DNA of 63,647 nt, taken from contig CALNCU010000316.1 of NCBI GenBank assembly GCA_937875395.1, forward strand, positions 1-63,647, given 5' to 3'. The notes beneath the pieces are model-generated. The model saw only the letters and a list, made by a program, of their open reading frames with translations. It had not been told where the DNA came from and ran no database searches. Positions 18,751-29,241 of this stretch are shown here, piece by piece. A program made the position numbers and the translations under genes. Source of the DNA: an uncultured Armatimonadetes bacterium. Its GTDB lineage: Bacteria; Armatimonadota; UBA5829; DTJY01. Every line of letters begins with the position of its first letter. Positions within the stretch are counted from its first letter, which is position 1.

Positions 18751-19608
18751 ATGAAACAAAGATCAGAACAGGCAGAGATACTGGTGCAGGCGCTGCCCTA
18801 CATCAGAAACTACTTTGGAAAGACCGTAGTCATAAAGTACGGCGGCAACGCCATGACCAACAACACCCTAAAAGAGAGCGTGATGAAAGACATAGTTCTC
18901 CTCCGGTACGTTGGGATGCAGCCGGTACTGGTGCACGGCGGCGGCCCGGATGTTTCAGAGATGATGGTGCGGGTGGGCAAGGAACCCTGTTTTGTTGGCG
19001 GCCTGCGGGTTACAGATGCAGAGACCATGGAAATAGTAGAGATGGTGCTGGCTGGAAAGACCAACAAGGGCATAGTCTCCATAATCTCGCAGCAGGGAGG
19101 CAAGGCCGTGGGGTTAAGCGGCAAGGACGGCCGGCTCTTTGTGGCAAAGAAGGCGCAGACAACCGGCGCCGATCTTGGCTTTGTTGGAGAGATTGAAGAG
19201 ATTAACCCGGAGATTGTGCAAATACTCATCCGCGAAGGGTACATACCGGTTATCTCTTCCGTTGCCGTGGGGAATAAAGGCGAATCTTACAACATAAATG
19301 CAGACCATGCGGCAGGGGAGCTGGCCTCTGCGCTCTCCGCTACCAAGCTTGTAATGCTTACGGATGTCCAGGGCGTCTACCGTGATTTTAACGATAAATC
19401 CAGTCTCGTCTCCACGCTCTCCATGGCGGAGGCGGCAGAGATGATCTCTTCCGGCAAAGCCGGAAAGGGGATGATACCAAAGATAGAGGCCTGCATAACG
19501 GCGCTCAGCGGCGGCGTAGAGAAGGCGCACATAATAGACGGCACGCTCCCGCATGCGCTCCTCATGGAAGTCTTTACAGACCGCGGGATAGGCACCATGC
19601 TAGAATAG
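18751..19608 (+). CDS. argB: Acetylglutamate kinase
   Basis: ILVQALPYIRNYFGKTVVIKYGGNAM. I chose the ATG at 18751 because GGGAG lies about 10 nt upstream; the ORF is open from 18727. Confidence 0.93.
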   Translation: MKQRSEQAEILVQALPYIRNYFGKTVVIKYGGNAMTNNTLKESVMKDIVLLRYVGMQPVLVHGGGPDVSEMMVRVGKEPCFVGGLRVTDAETMEIVEMVLAGKTNKGIVSIISQQGGKAVGLSGKDGRLFVAKKAQTTGADLGFVGEIEEINPEIVQILIREGYIPVISSVAVGNKGESYNINADHAAGELASALSATKLVMLTDVQGVYRDFNDKSSLVSTLSMAEAAEMISSGKAGKGMIPKIEACITALSGGVEKAHIIDGTLPHALLMEVFTDRGIGTMLE

Positions 19609-19652
19609 TCAATTCCGTGCGCCGTAAAACATAAACCGCGCCTTATAAAGCA

Positions 19653-19681
19653 TTGCCAGAATGCCCGCGTTGTGTTATAAT
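19653..19681 (+). promoter_or_regulatory. Sigma-70-type promoter for rpmE and downstream genes
   Basis: TTGCCA (19653-19658), a 17-nt spacer, then TATAAT (19676-19681). A hairpin TTCCGGG/CCCGGAA lies in the leader. Confidence 0.65.
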
Positions 19682-19749
19682 ATTTTGTTCCGGGGACATG
19701 TTCCCGGAAGATAAATACAGAACAATTTTCAGAGAAAAGGAGAATCAGG

Positions 19750-19974
19750 TTGAAAAAGGGAATTCATCCGGCGTACGTCCCGACCAAGGTGGTTTGCGCG
19801 TGCGGCAACACATGGGAGACCCGGTCAACCGTTCCGGAGATCCGGTTAGAGATCTGCTCCGCGTGTCATCCGTTCTTCACCGGACGGCAGAAGATCGTGG
19901 ATACGGAAGGCCGCGTTGAGAAGTTCATGCAGAAGTACCGCAAAACCAAGCAGCCGGAAAAACAGGGTAAGTAA
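19750..19974 (+). CDS. rpmE: 50S ribosomal protein L31
   Basis: MKKGIHP N-terminus and a CxC...CxxC zinc ribbon. TTG start with AAGGAG upstream. Confidence 0.92.
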   Translation: MKKGIHPAYVPTKVVCACGNTWETRSTVPEIRLEICSACHPFFTGRQKIVDTEGRVEKFMQKYRKTKQPEKQGK

Positions 19975-19976
19975 TA

Positions 19977-20681
19977 TTGCACGTAGAGCTTTTAAGCCAC
20001 ACGGCAGACCCGGAGCGGACGGTGGCAGCCGCCACGCGGCTGTGCTACTCCGCTTCGGGTATTCTTAAAATCAGGGATGCCATAGATGATAGAGAAGCGG
20101 CGCGTCTAATTAAAAAGGTGCTTCAACTGGGCCACTTCTCTGTTCTTGAGCATGCCTCCTTTACGTTTGGAATAGAAGGCATCTCCCGTGCGTGTTCGCA
20201 CCAGCTTGTGCGGCACAGAATGGCCTCCTTCTCCCAGCAGAGCCAGCGGTATGTAAAGATGCGCCAGGTGCCGTTTAACATACCGGAATCCATCCGTAAA
20301 AACAAAGATGCCATGGAACGCTTCAGCGCCCTCTCAGATAGGCTGCAGGCAGATTATAACGCCATGCTGGCAGAGGGAATACCGGCGGAAGATGCGCGCT
20401 ACATTCTGCCCAACGCCGTTGAAACAAAGATTATAATGACGGCCAATGCAAGGAGCCTCTTAAACTTTTTTGAACACAGGCTCTGCACCCGCGCACAGTG
20501 GGAGATACGCCAGCTGGCCGGACTGATGCTTAAATGCGTAAGAGAGGTAGCCCCAAATATCTTCTCCGCAGCCGGCCCCGCGTGCGAATCCCGCGGCTAC
20601 TGCTGCGAAGGCTCCATGAGCTGCGGGCGTGCGGAAACTCTTGATCAACTTGTGGCGGTGAAAGATAACAGTGGAGAATAA
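19977..20681 (+). CDS. thyX: Flavin-dependent thymidylate synthase
   Basis: ThyX signature RHRMASFSQQSQRY (RHRxxSxxxxSxR). Confidence 0.92.
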   Translation: MHVELLSHTADPERTVAAATRLCYSASGILKIRDAIDDREAARLIKKVLQLGHFSVLEHASFTFGIEGISRACSHQLVRHRMASFSQQSQRYVKMRQVPFNIPESIRKNKDAMERFSALSDRLQADYNAMLAEGIPAEDARYILPNAVETKIIMTANARSLLNFFEHRLCTRAQWEIRQLAGLMLKCVREVAPNIFSAAGPACESRGYCCEGSMSCGRAETLDQLVAVKDNSGE

Positions 20682-21612
20682 ACCACTCTATGGCGGCCAG
20701 GCCGTAATAGAAGGCGTAATGATGCGCGGCTCCAGATACTATGCAGTGGCATGCCGCAGAGCTGATGGAGAGATAGTAGTAGAGCAGGAATCCGTAGAGT
20801 CAATCTTCAAGAACCTGCAATGGATGAAAAGGCCCTTCCTCCGGGGAGTCTTTGCACTTATAGATGCCCTTGTTCTTGGCATGAAGGCTCTTAAGTTTTC
20901 TGCAGACATAGCCATGGAGGATGCAGAAAAAGAGGCATCCCGCAATAACCCATCAGACAACCCATCCAAGCCCGCAGGCAAGATAAACGATATTGCGGTG
21001 GGCGCTACAATGGTTTTAAGTATGGCCCTTGGGGTGGGAATCTTTATTATAGGCCCTCATCTGCTTGCTAATCTTATGCAGCTTTTGCATTGGAGCCCGC
21101 TACAGCTGAACCTGGGCGAAGGGTTTATCCGCCTTGCCATGTTTGTGCTTTACGTTGCGGGTATCTCTTACATGAAGGATATAAGAAGGGTCTGGCAGTA
21201 CCATGGGGCGGAGCACAAGGTTGTAAACACCTATGAATCCGGCCAGTCCTTCACGCCGGAAAACTTTGCCACGCACTCAACCATCCACCCGCGCTGCGGT
21301 ACAAACTTTATGATGTTTGTGCTGGTGCTCTCCATTATTTTCTACTCATTCCTTGGATGGGGAGGCGCATGGTATATGCGGATACTCTACAGGCTGCTCC
21401 TTCTGCCGGTTATTGCCGCCGTCGGGTATGAGCTAATAAGGCTCTCCGGAAGGTTCAGAAACTCCGGGTTCATGGCCGCCGTAATGGCGCCGGGGCTGTG
21501 GCTGCAAAGACTTACAACCAGGGAGCCGGATGAAGATCAGGTAGAAGTAGCCCAAAGAGCCTTTGATGCTGTGTGGGAGAGAGAAGAGAGTTCTAACTTA
21601 GAATCCAGGTGA
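20671..21612 (+). CDS. DUF1385 membrane protein (often found next to prmC)
   Basis: YGGQAVIEGVMMR N-terminus and HGAEHK motif. It sits upstream of prfA-prmC. Confidence 0.8.
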   Translation: MENKPLYGGQAVIEGVMMRGSRYYAVACRRADGEIVVEQESVESIFKNLQWMKRPFLRGVFALIDALVLGMKALKFSADIAMEDAEKEASRNNPSDNPSKPAGKINDIAVGATMVLSMALGVGIFIIGPHLLANLMQLLHWSPLQLNLGEGFIRLAMFVLYVAGISYMKDIRRVWQYHGAEHKVVNTYESGQSFTPENFATHSTIHPRCGTNFMMFVLVLSIIFYSFLGWGGAWYMRILYRLLLLPVIAAVGYELIRLSGRFRNSGFMAAVMAPGLWLQRLTTREPDEDQVEVAQRAFDAVWEREESSNLESR

Positions 21613-21616
21613 GATT

Positions 21617-22693
21617 GTGTACGAGAGATTACAAGAAGTAGAAGATAAATACGAAGATTTGGCAAGAAAACTGGCGGACCCAAATATTTGGGGAGACCCC
21701 AAGGAATATCAACATCTGGCCAAGGCTCACTCGGACCTGTCAGGGATTGTTGAAACATACAGAGAGTACAAGAAGATAAGGCAGGAGAAGGACGATACAG
21801 AAGAACTTCTGCACGGTCACCTGGACGATGAAATGCGGAATATGGCCCAGAGCGAACTGGATATTCTGAAAGAGCGCGAGACAGAGTACCAGGGCAAGCT
21901 GCGGTTAATGCTCCTCCCCAAAGACCCCAACGATGAAAAGAGTGTGCTTATAGAAATACGTGCCGGAACCGGCGGAGATGAAGCAGCACTCTTTGCTAGC
22001 GAGCTTATGCGCATGTACCTGCGCTATGCAGAGCATAGGCGCTGGAAAACAGAGATAATGAGCATAAACGAGACCGGCATAGGCGGAATAAAAGAAGCCG
22101 TAATTGCAGTAGACGGAAAAGGCGCCTACAGCAATCTTAAGTATGAGAGCGGCGTACACAGGGTGCAGAGGGTTCCTGAGACAGAGAGCGGGGGGAGGAT
22201 TCATACTTCTGCCGCAACGGTTGCCGTTATGCCGGAAGCAGAAGAAGTAGAGATAGAGATAAACCTTGACGATCTTGATATAGATACCTACCGCTCTGCC
22301 GGAGCCGGCGGGCAGAACGTTCAGAAGAACGAGACCGCCATTAGAATAACCCACAAACCCACCGGCGTGGTTGTAACCTGCCAGGATGAGCGGTCGCAGC
22401 TCCAGAACCGCGAGAAGGCCCTGCGAGTGCTAAGGGCAATCCTTTATGAGAAGAAGATGCAGGAGCAGCACACGGAGATAGCCGACGCCCGCCGCACCAT
22501 GGTTGGCAGCGGCGACCGGAGCGAGAAGATTCGCACCTACAACTTCCCGCAAAACAGGGCAACGGATCACAGAATAGGCTATACCATCTACCGTATGGAT
22601 AGCTTCCTGGAAGGAGACATCCAGGACATGATAGACCATCTTATTGCTGCAGATCAGGCAGAGCGGCTAAAAGGCTCTGAGGAAGCGCTCTGA
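21617..22693 (+). CDS. prfA: Peptide chain release factor 1
   Basis: GGQ motif (SAGAGGQNVQK) and an RF1-type PxT tripeptide (PET). GTG start. Confidence 0.95.
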   Translation: MYERLQEVEDKYEDLARKLADPNIWGDPKEYQHLAKAHSDLSGIVETYREYKKIRQEKDDTEELLHGHLDDEMRNMAQSELDILKERETEYQGKLRLMLLPKDPNDEKSVLIEIRAGTGGDEAALFASELMRMYLRYAEHRRWKTEIMSINETGIGGIKEAVIAVDGKGAYSNLKYESGVHRVQRVPETESGGRIHTSAATVAVMPEAEEVEIEINLDDLDIDTYRSAGAGGQNVQKNETAIRITHKPTGVVVTCQDERSQLQNREKALRVLRAILYEKKMQEQHTEIADARRTMVGSGDRSEKIRTYNFPQNRATDHRIGYTIYRMDSFLEGDIQDMIDHLIAADQAERLKGSEEAL

Positions 22694-22697
22694 TTAT

Positions 22698-23552
22698 ATG
22701 AACCGCACCGTGCGGCAGATGCTTCTTAAGGCGGCAGAGACGCTTAGAAGCGCCGGCGTAGATTCACCCCTGCTGGATGCAGAGCTTATGCTTGCAAAGG
22801 CGCTTAAAGTTACGCGCACCCACCTTCTAGGACACCCGGAGTCGCCGGTCCCCGGGGAACCTGCAGAGCTTTTTTTGCTGTGGATCAAACGCAGAGCGGC
22901 GCGAGAACCCCTTGCCTACATACTTTGTGAGAAGGAGTTCTACGGGCTTACTTTTTACGTTGACCCCTCCGTCCTTATCCCCCGGCCGGAGACGGAATTT
23001 CTTGTTGATGCGGGCCTGCAATACCTAAAGAGCCAACCCCGCCCCAAGGCGGCGGATATAGGCACCGGGAGCGGCGCCGTAGCCGTCACCCTGGCAAAAT
23101 ATGCCCCGCACGCCGCCATCTGGGCCACGGATGTATCTAGCCGGGCGCTCACTATTGCCAAAAGAAACGCCGTGCAGCTGGGAGTGGCAGAGAGAATCCA
23201 CTTTGCAGAGGGAGACCTTCTGGCCCCGTTTGCGGGAGAGAAGTTTAACCTTATAATCTCAAACCCCCCGTATATCCCCTCCGGTGAAATCCCCGCCCTT
23301 ATGCCGGAAGTATCAAGGTACGAGCCCAAATCCGCCCTTGACGGCGGCCCGGACGGCCTTAATATCTACCATAGAATAATCACCAATGCGCCGGAATATC
23401 TTCTTCCCGGTGGTATAATTGCATTTGAGGTGGGGCAGGGTGAAGGGGAGCCGGTGCGCGCAATGCTTCTTGCCGCCGGGTTCTCTAATGTGAAGGCGGC
23501 AAAGGATTATGCCGGAATAGAACGGGTGGTAACCGGGGAGATGCCGGAATGA
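22698..23552 (+). CDS. prmC: Release-factor glutamine N5-methyltransferase
   Basis: SAM-binding motif DIGTGSG and catalytic NPPY. Confidence 0.92.
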   Translation: MNRTVRQMLLKAAETLRSAGVDSPLLDAELMLAKALKVTRTHLLGHPESPVPGEPAELFLLWIKRRAAREPLAYILCEKEFYGLTFYVDPSVLIPRPETEFLVDAGLQYLKSQPRPKAADIGTGSGAVAVTLAKYAPHAAIWATDVSSRALTIAKRNAVQLGVAERIHFAEGDLLAPFAGEKFNLIISNPPYIPSGEIPALMPEVSRYEPKSALDGGPDGLNIYHRIITNAPEYLLPGGIIAFEVGQGEGEPVRAMLLAAGFSNVKAAKDYAGIERVVTGEMPE

Positions 23553-24181
23553 AGACTCTTCTTAAAACAGTGAATCCGCAAGCGCCGGAAGCAGATATAA
23601 TTACAGAAGCCGCCGAAATTATAAAAGGCGGCGGGCTGGTGGGCTTTCCCACGGAGACCGTATACGGCCTTGCCGCAGACGCCTTAAATCCGGAGGCCGT
23701 GCGCCGCGTCTATGAGATAAAGGGCCGCCCGGCGGGGAAACCTCTTCCGGTTCAGGTGGCTTCCATAGGGGATGTATACGGGCTTGCATCAGAGGTTACG
23801 GAAAGGGCCGTGCGGCTTATGGAGGCCTTCTTCCCCGGCCCGCTCACACTTATCTTCAAGGCATCCCGCGCGCTCCCGGAGATGGTGACGGCGGGAACGG
23901 GGAAGGTAGGGGTGCGTATGCCTGACAACCCTGTTGCCCTTGCCCTGCTTAACGCCGTGGGAGGGCCTATTGTGGCTCCAAGTGCAAACCCTTCAGATGA
24001 GCCTCCCCCCGTGACCGCGGAAGAGGTAATGAGCTATTTTAACGGCCGGATAGAGATGGTACTCTCTGCAGGGCCGTCTGCAATAAAGTCGGCCTCAACG
24101 GTGCTTGATGTTACCGTAGACCCTCCCAAAATCTTGCGCGCCGGCACCCTTGGCAAAGAAGATCTGAGAAAATATTACTGA
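23549..24181 (+). CDS. tsaC: L-threonylcarbamoyladenylate synthase (YrdC/TsaC type, single domain)
   Basis: GGLVGFPTETVYGLAADA and APSAN motifs. At 210 aa it lacks a Sua5 C-terminal domain. Confidence 0.88.
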   Translation: MKTLLKTVNPQAPEADIITEAAEIIKGGGLVGFPTETVYGLAADALNPEAVRRVYEIKGRPAGKPLPVQVASIGDVYGLASEVTERAVRLMEAFFPGPLTLIFKASRALPEMVTAGTGKVGVRMPDNPVALALLNAVGGPIVAPSANPSDEPPPVTAEEVMSYFNGRIEMVLSAGPSAIKSASTVLDVTVDPPKILRAGTLGKEDLRKYY

Positions 24182-24215
24182 TTCCCGGCGGCAAAGCCGG
24201 AGCCGTTGTCTAAGC
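24180..24215 (+). repeat. Degenerate copy (G) of the structured intergenic repeat
   Basis: GATTCCCGGCGGCAAAGCCGGAGCCGTTGTCTAAGC aligns to the core unit, closest to copy C at 35960-35999 and to the 3' end of the copy at 58658-58702. It begins inside the tsaC stop codon. Confidence 0.45.
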
Positions 24216-24363
24216 TTAATAGAGTTATCACAGAAAATAGGGGAGGAGAAACGGCGCCGCCGGATAACCATAGAATTATAGCAGCATACGGTTGAAGGTT
24301 TTTGCCTATGCCGGTTGCAAAAAAATTGGCCCTATGTGCCAAAAAATTCCTGGAGCATAACCA

Positions 24364-26337
24364 ATGAATACCAATGTATTGATGGAGAACGCCGGAGGCG
24401 TGGTGAAAGACTCTCTTATTCTTGAGGCAAAACGATTTGGCGTAAGTCATCAGCCGCCGCTTACTCTTGATGATTGGAAGAAGCAGCGAGCTGAGTTGGT
24501 TTCTCTTATCAAAGCAAATGCCGGAGCCTTCCCAGTGGCCTGCGACCTTGATATAAAGTATTACGAATCCATACAAATGTCCGGGTACAGCGTAACAAAG
24601 CTTACGTATCAGAGCCGTCCGGGGTTCAGGGTAACCGCAAACCTCTACGTGCCGGATGGCCCGGGGCCGTATCCCGGAGTGCTTAACCTGCATGGGCACT
24701 GGGCGCAGGGCAAATGCGCAGAGCGCGTGCAGAATCGGGGGCACCTGCTTGCCCTTAATGGGTTTGTTGTGCTCACCGTAGATGCTTTTGGCGCAGGGGA
24801 GCGCGGCACCATCCCCGGAGAGTTTGAATACCACGGCGCCGGCATAGGCGGATCGCTCTTCGCCATTGGCGAGACTCTTCTTGGCATGCAGATAAATGAT
24901 AACATGCGGGGGATAGACCTGCTGCAATCATTAGATTATGTAGATGCAGATAGAATAGGCGTAACAGGGGCGTCCGGCGGAGGCAACCAGACAATGTGGG
25001 TCTCTACGCTGGACGAGCGGGTGAAGGCATCCGTGCCGGTGGTCTCCGTGGGTACATTTGAATCTTACGTCACCGGATCAAACTGTATATGCGAACTCCT
25101 TCCAAACGGGCTGACGTTTACTGAGGAATGGGGGATTCTGGGGCTTGCTGCACCCAACCCCATGCTCATCCTGAACGCTATGCAGGATAGCAACCCAACG
25201 TTCTATGTTTCAGAGATGACCCGTTCGTTCAACTCCGCAAGAGAGATTTACAAGCTATATGGGGAAATGGACAAATTCTCCTACCAGGCCATAAATCTTA
25301 CGCACGGCTACTGGCCGGATATGCTTCAGTGTATGCTGGGGTGGTTCCTCCGCTGGCTGAAGGATGAAGGGGAAGGACGCCCGGTAGAAATTCAGGCGCA
25401 TGAATCCCTAAGCGAATCCCAGTGCCTCTGCTTCCCGGATAACCGCAGACCGGCAGATGTTTCCTCCATATTCGGCTTTGTGCGCCCAAGGGCACAGAGG
25501 CTTGCCGCAGAGCATCTTTCCCCCGGCAATTCTATAGATGCGGCGCAGAAACGCGCAGAGCTTAAGGGCATTTTAAACGTGCCCGCCGGCCCAGACTATG
25601 TATCCATAAGCCGGGTAAGAGAAGGCGCAGAGGGCAATCTGTCCATCGCAAAGTTCTCTGTAGAGATAGAACAGGGGATTCCTGTACCGGTGTTTGCACT
25701 CTCTAAGTCAGGGGTAAAAGAGAAAGAGACAGTCATAGCCGTTCACCCGGACGGAAAGGATGCCGCGTGGAATGATCCCCGGGTGCAGTCGGCGCTGGAC
25801 AGCGGCAAAACCGTAGTGCTTGCAGACCTTAGGGGTACAGGTGAGACCCACTGGGATAATATCCCCATTCATGCCCAGCCGCATCACTGCTCCGCCCGAG
25901 CCGTGCTCTGGCTTGGCAGAACAACCATAGGCGACTGGACAAAAGATATTCTTGGAGTTGCCTCCTGCATAAAGGATGTGCTCTCTGCAAAAAGCGTGGA
26001 GATTATATCATGCGGAGAGACCGGCCTTGCTGCGCTCTCGGCATCCGTCCTGTCCGAAAAAATAAAGTCTGTATATGCCGCCGGCGTGCCGGGGTCTTAT
26101 GTAAACGATTCAGATAAAGTTCGTTTGTCTATGGCAGTGCATATTCCGGGTATTCTAAAATGGGGCGATGTTTCCATGATGGCGGCGCTCTCCAATGCCG
26201 GTGTAGAGATAACAGAACCCGTGGACTGGGGTGGGGCAGTCTACTCTAAAGAGCAGGCCCTGCGTCTTCAGGAAAATATAGATGCTCTAACTAAGAAGGC
26301 CGGTCTTATTGGGCATGCTAAGGTTAACAAAGACTAA
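24364..26337 (+). CDS. Alpha/beta hydrolase, acetyl-xylan-esterase/dienelactone-hydrolase-like, with an extra C-terminal hydrolase-like domain
   Basis: Nucleophile elbow GVTGASGGGNQ in the N-terminal half. The C-terminal ~230 aa look like a second alpha/beta fold with no clear GxSxG motif. Confidence 0.65.
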   Translation: MNTNVLMENAGGVVKDSLILEAKRFGVSHQPPLTLDDWKKQRAELVSLIKANAGAFPVACDLDIKYYESIQMSGYSVTKLTYQSRPGFRVTANLYVPDGPGPYPGVLNLHGHWAQGKCAERVQNRGHLLALNGFVVLTVDAFGAGERGTIPGEFEYHGAGIGGSLFAIGETLLGMQINDNMRGIDLLQSLDYVDADRIGVTGASGGGNQTMWVSTLDERVKASVPVVSVGTFESYVTGSNCICELLPNGLTFTEEWGILGLAAPNPMLILNAMQDSNPTFYVSEMTRSFNSAREIYKLYGEMDKFSYQAINLTHGYWPDMLQCMLGWFLRWLKDEGEGRPVEIQAHESLSESQCLCFPDNRRPADVSSIFGFVRPRAQRLAAEHLSPGNSIDAAQKRAELKGILNVPAGPDYVSISRVREGAEGNLSIAKFSVEIEQGIPVPVFALSKSGVKEKETVIAVHPDGKDAAWNDPRVQSALDSGKTVVLADLRGTGETHWDNIPIHAQPHHCSARAVLWLGRTTIGDWTKDILGVASCIKDVLSAKSVEIISCGETGLAALSASVLSEKIKSVYAAGVPGSYVNDSDKVRLSMAVHIPGILKWGDVSMMAALSNAGVEITEPVDWGGAVYSKEQALRLQENIDALTKKAGLIGHAKVNKD

Positions 26338-26381
26338 TCTTATACTGAAAAAAGCTATACCGGAGATTTTGCCGCCGGATG

Positions 26382-26411
26382 TTGACAGATAGGTGCCGTC
26401 AAGGTTACAAT
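26382..26411 (+). promoter_or_regulatory. Sigma-70-type promoter for argD
   Basis: TTGACA (26382-26387), an 18-nt spacer, then TACAAT (26406-26411). Confidence 0.55.
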
Positions 26412-26514
26412 AGCAATAGAATTTTCCGTCAGGTAAGGGCATGAAAATTCCAATATACCAATATTTAAATATGCGATTTAAAGGAGGCAGGGGATTTCTC
26501 TGTCTCCTTTTGTT

Positions 26515-27762
26515 ATGCAGAATGGAGAGTTGTATCGTATGTCAGTAGAGCGCCGGCCGGGCGTAGATTCCCGGTCTGTGATGGAGATGGATTCGGCCTA
26601 TGTAATGCACACCTTCCGGCGGCAGCCGCTGGTGCTTGTGCGCGGAGAAGGCGCCCGGGTATGGGATGCCGATGGCAGGGAGTATCTGGATTTTCTTGCC
26701 GGAATTGCAGTAAACGGTCTTGGACACGCACATCCAAGGCTTGTAGAATCCATCCAAAACCAGGCCGGAAAGCTGATGCACGTAAGCAATCTGTACTACA
26801 TCCCGGAACAGCCCCTGCTGGCAAAGAAGCTGGTTGAGCTCTCCGGCCTTGGGAAGGCCTTCTTCTGCAACAGCGGAGCAGAGGCAAATGAGACCGCCAT
26901 AAAGCTTGCCCGCAAATGGTCATACAAAAATCAAGGTGAAGATAAGTACCAAATCATAACCGCGCTCCAATCTTTCCACGGGCGCACCATGGGAGCCATC
27001 ACCGCTACCGGCCAGCCCAAGTATCACAAGGGATTTGCCCCCATGCTGCCGGGATTTAAGTACGTGCCTTATAACGATATTTCCGCTCTGGAAGAGGCCG
27101 TAGATGCAAATACCGCCGCAATAATGCTGGAGCCCATCCAGGGGGAGAGCGGCGTTCACCCCGCCTCCCTTGAGTATATGCGCCGGGTAAGGGAACTTTG
27201 TGATGCTAAGGGACTGCTCCTGATTTTGGACGAGGTACAGACAGGGCTTGGCCGGACGGGTGAATGGTTTGGCTTCCTCCACTACGGCATTAAGCCGGAT
27301 ATTATAAGCCTTGCCAAAACACTGGGGGGAGGCTTCCCAATAGGGGCATGCGTGGCGTCAAACCGCGTGGCGGATGCCTTTGAGCCCGGAGACCACGCCT
27401 CAACCTTTGGAGGCAATCCGCTTGCGTGCTGTGCAGCCCTTACCACCCTTCAAGTGATGGAAGATGAAGACCTTATAGGCAATGCTAAGCGCGTGGGCGC
27501 CTATTTTAAATCTGCGCTTGAGAGCATTAAATCCAAAACCGGAGCCATTACAGATGTGCGTGGGCTGGGGCTTATGCTTGGAGCAGAGCTTGCAGGCGGT
27601 AATGCCCAGCAGGTAGCCGCGGAATGCCTTAAGAGAGGGCTTATAATAAACCCCATAGGCCTGGATGTTATAAGATTTCTGCCGCCTCTTATAATAGGGG
27701 AGGTAGATGTAGATAAAGCCGTAAAGATTCTGCAAGATTCTATTGCAGGCTCTACGGCATAA
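26515..27762 (+). CDS. argD: Acetylornithine aminotransferase
   Basis: Class-III aminotransferase motifs (DEVQTGLGRTG; PLP Lys in SLAKTLGGG). The start is uncertain (26515, 26539 or 26581). Confidence 0.9.
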   Translation: MQNGELYRMSVERRPGVDSRSVMEMDSAYVMHTFRRQPLVLVRGEGARVWDADGREYLDFLAGIAVNGLGHAHPRLVESIQNQAGKLMHVSNLYYIPEQPLLAKKLVELSGLGKAFFCNSGAEANETAIKLARKWSYKNQGEDKYQIITALQSFHGRTMGAITATGQPKYHKGFAPMLPGFKYVPYNDISALEEAVDANTAAIMLEPIQGESGVHPASLEYMRRVRELCDAKGLLLILDEVQTGLGRTGEWFGFLHYGIKPDIISLAKTLGGGFPIGACVASNRVADAFEPGDHASTFGGNPLACCAALTTLQVMEDEDLIGNAKRVGAYFKSALESIKSKTGAITDVRGLGLMLGAELAGGNAQQVAAECLKRGLIINPIGLDVIRFLPPLIIGEVDVDKAVKILQDSIAGSTA

Positions 27763-27822
27763 TAAAAAACTGCATATAGGGTATCCAAATAAAATTCCTT
27801 TTATGGAGGATAGGAGCCAGGT

Positions 27823-28317
27823 ATGTGGAAGAGACTAACCGTAAGGGCTAGAAAATCTATTTTTCTAGCACAAAAAGAGGCAGAGAAGCTGGGGTATGCT
27901 CAAGCAGGGCCGGAACATCTGCTTCTAGCCCTGACGCGCGAAGACGAATGCGTGGCAGGCAAAATACTGCGCAGGCTGGGCATAGATTCCGGAACCATCC
28001 GCCAGGAGGTTATGCGGCAGATCTCTCGCGGTTCAGAGTGTATAGGGGATAGCATGCAGCTTACAGTTAGCGCCAAGCATGCACTTGATTATGCCTTTGC
28101 AGAAGCCAGGGAGATGATGGACGAGTGGGTAGGCACAGAGCATATGCTTCTGGGCCTTGCCCATGAAACAGGCGGGATGGGATCAATTGTTTTAGGCAAT
28201 CTTGGATTAGATCTTATGCAGATCAGGGAGGCCTTAAGAAAGATTAAAGCAGGTACGCTCCCCTTTGAGAGCCAGCCGGACAGGGACTCTTGCGAAGTGC
28301 CCGCAGCCGCCAAATAG
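27823..28317 (+). CDS. Stand-alone Clp N-terminal (Clp_N repeat) domain protein
   Basis: Two Clp_N repeats (GPEHLLLALTRED, GTEHMLLGLAHE) with no AAA+ domain. Confidence 0.8.
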   Translation: MWKRLTVRARKSIFLAQKEAEKLGYAQAGPEHLLLALTREDECVAGKILRRLGIDSGTIRQEVMRQISRGSECIGDSMQLTVSAKHALDYAFAEAREMMDEWVGTEHMLLGLAHETGGMGSIVLGNLGLDLMQIREALRKIKAGTLPFESQPDRDSCEVPAAAK

Positions 28318-28340
28318 CCTTGGCGCCGGTACTACTTGGT

Positions 28341-28434
28341 TCATCAAATTATGGGGGGTGATACTTCTGGTCGCAGAGTGCCTTGGCACGCCGCTGCCGA
28401 AGCCCTGTTTGAACTTGTAAATCCAAGATTACTA
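28341..28434 (+). repeat. Structured intergenic repeat, copy B (one unit plus a diverged terminal hairpin)
   Basis: The core at 28360-28403 is identical to copy A except for one inserted T. It is followed by TGTTTGAACTTGTAAATCCAAGATTACTAG. Confidence 0.85.
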
Positions 28435-28498
28435 GCAACTATAAAATATTTGGTTGCATAATTATTACTGTCATGTAAAAATTTTGCAAAAATTCACC

Positions 28499-28527
28499 TT
28501 GACAATCTTTATGCGGGCTGATATACT
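28499..28527 (+). promoter_or_regulatory. Sigma-70-type promoter of the pyr operon
   Basis: TTGACA (28499-28504), a 17-nt spacer, then TATACT (28522-28527). Confidence 0.7.
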
Positions 28528-28556
28528 TAGCCGATAACTGGATGGAACGCCTTTAA

Positions 28557-29215
<659 letters not shown>

Positions 29216-29241
29216 ATTTCCAACAGGCATGAGGGAGAAAA

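Noticed and set aside
26439-26480. ARG box (ArgR/AhrC operator) upstream of argD (GCATGAAAATTCCAATAT...). A similar look at 16355-16380 upstream of argC gave the same result.
   Set aside because: Only half-site-like TGAA/TTCA fragments are present, with the wrong spacing relative to the 18-bp consensus TNTGAATWWWWATTCANW. No argR gene is in the window.
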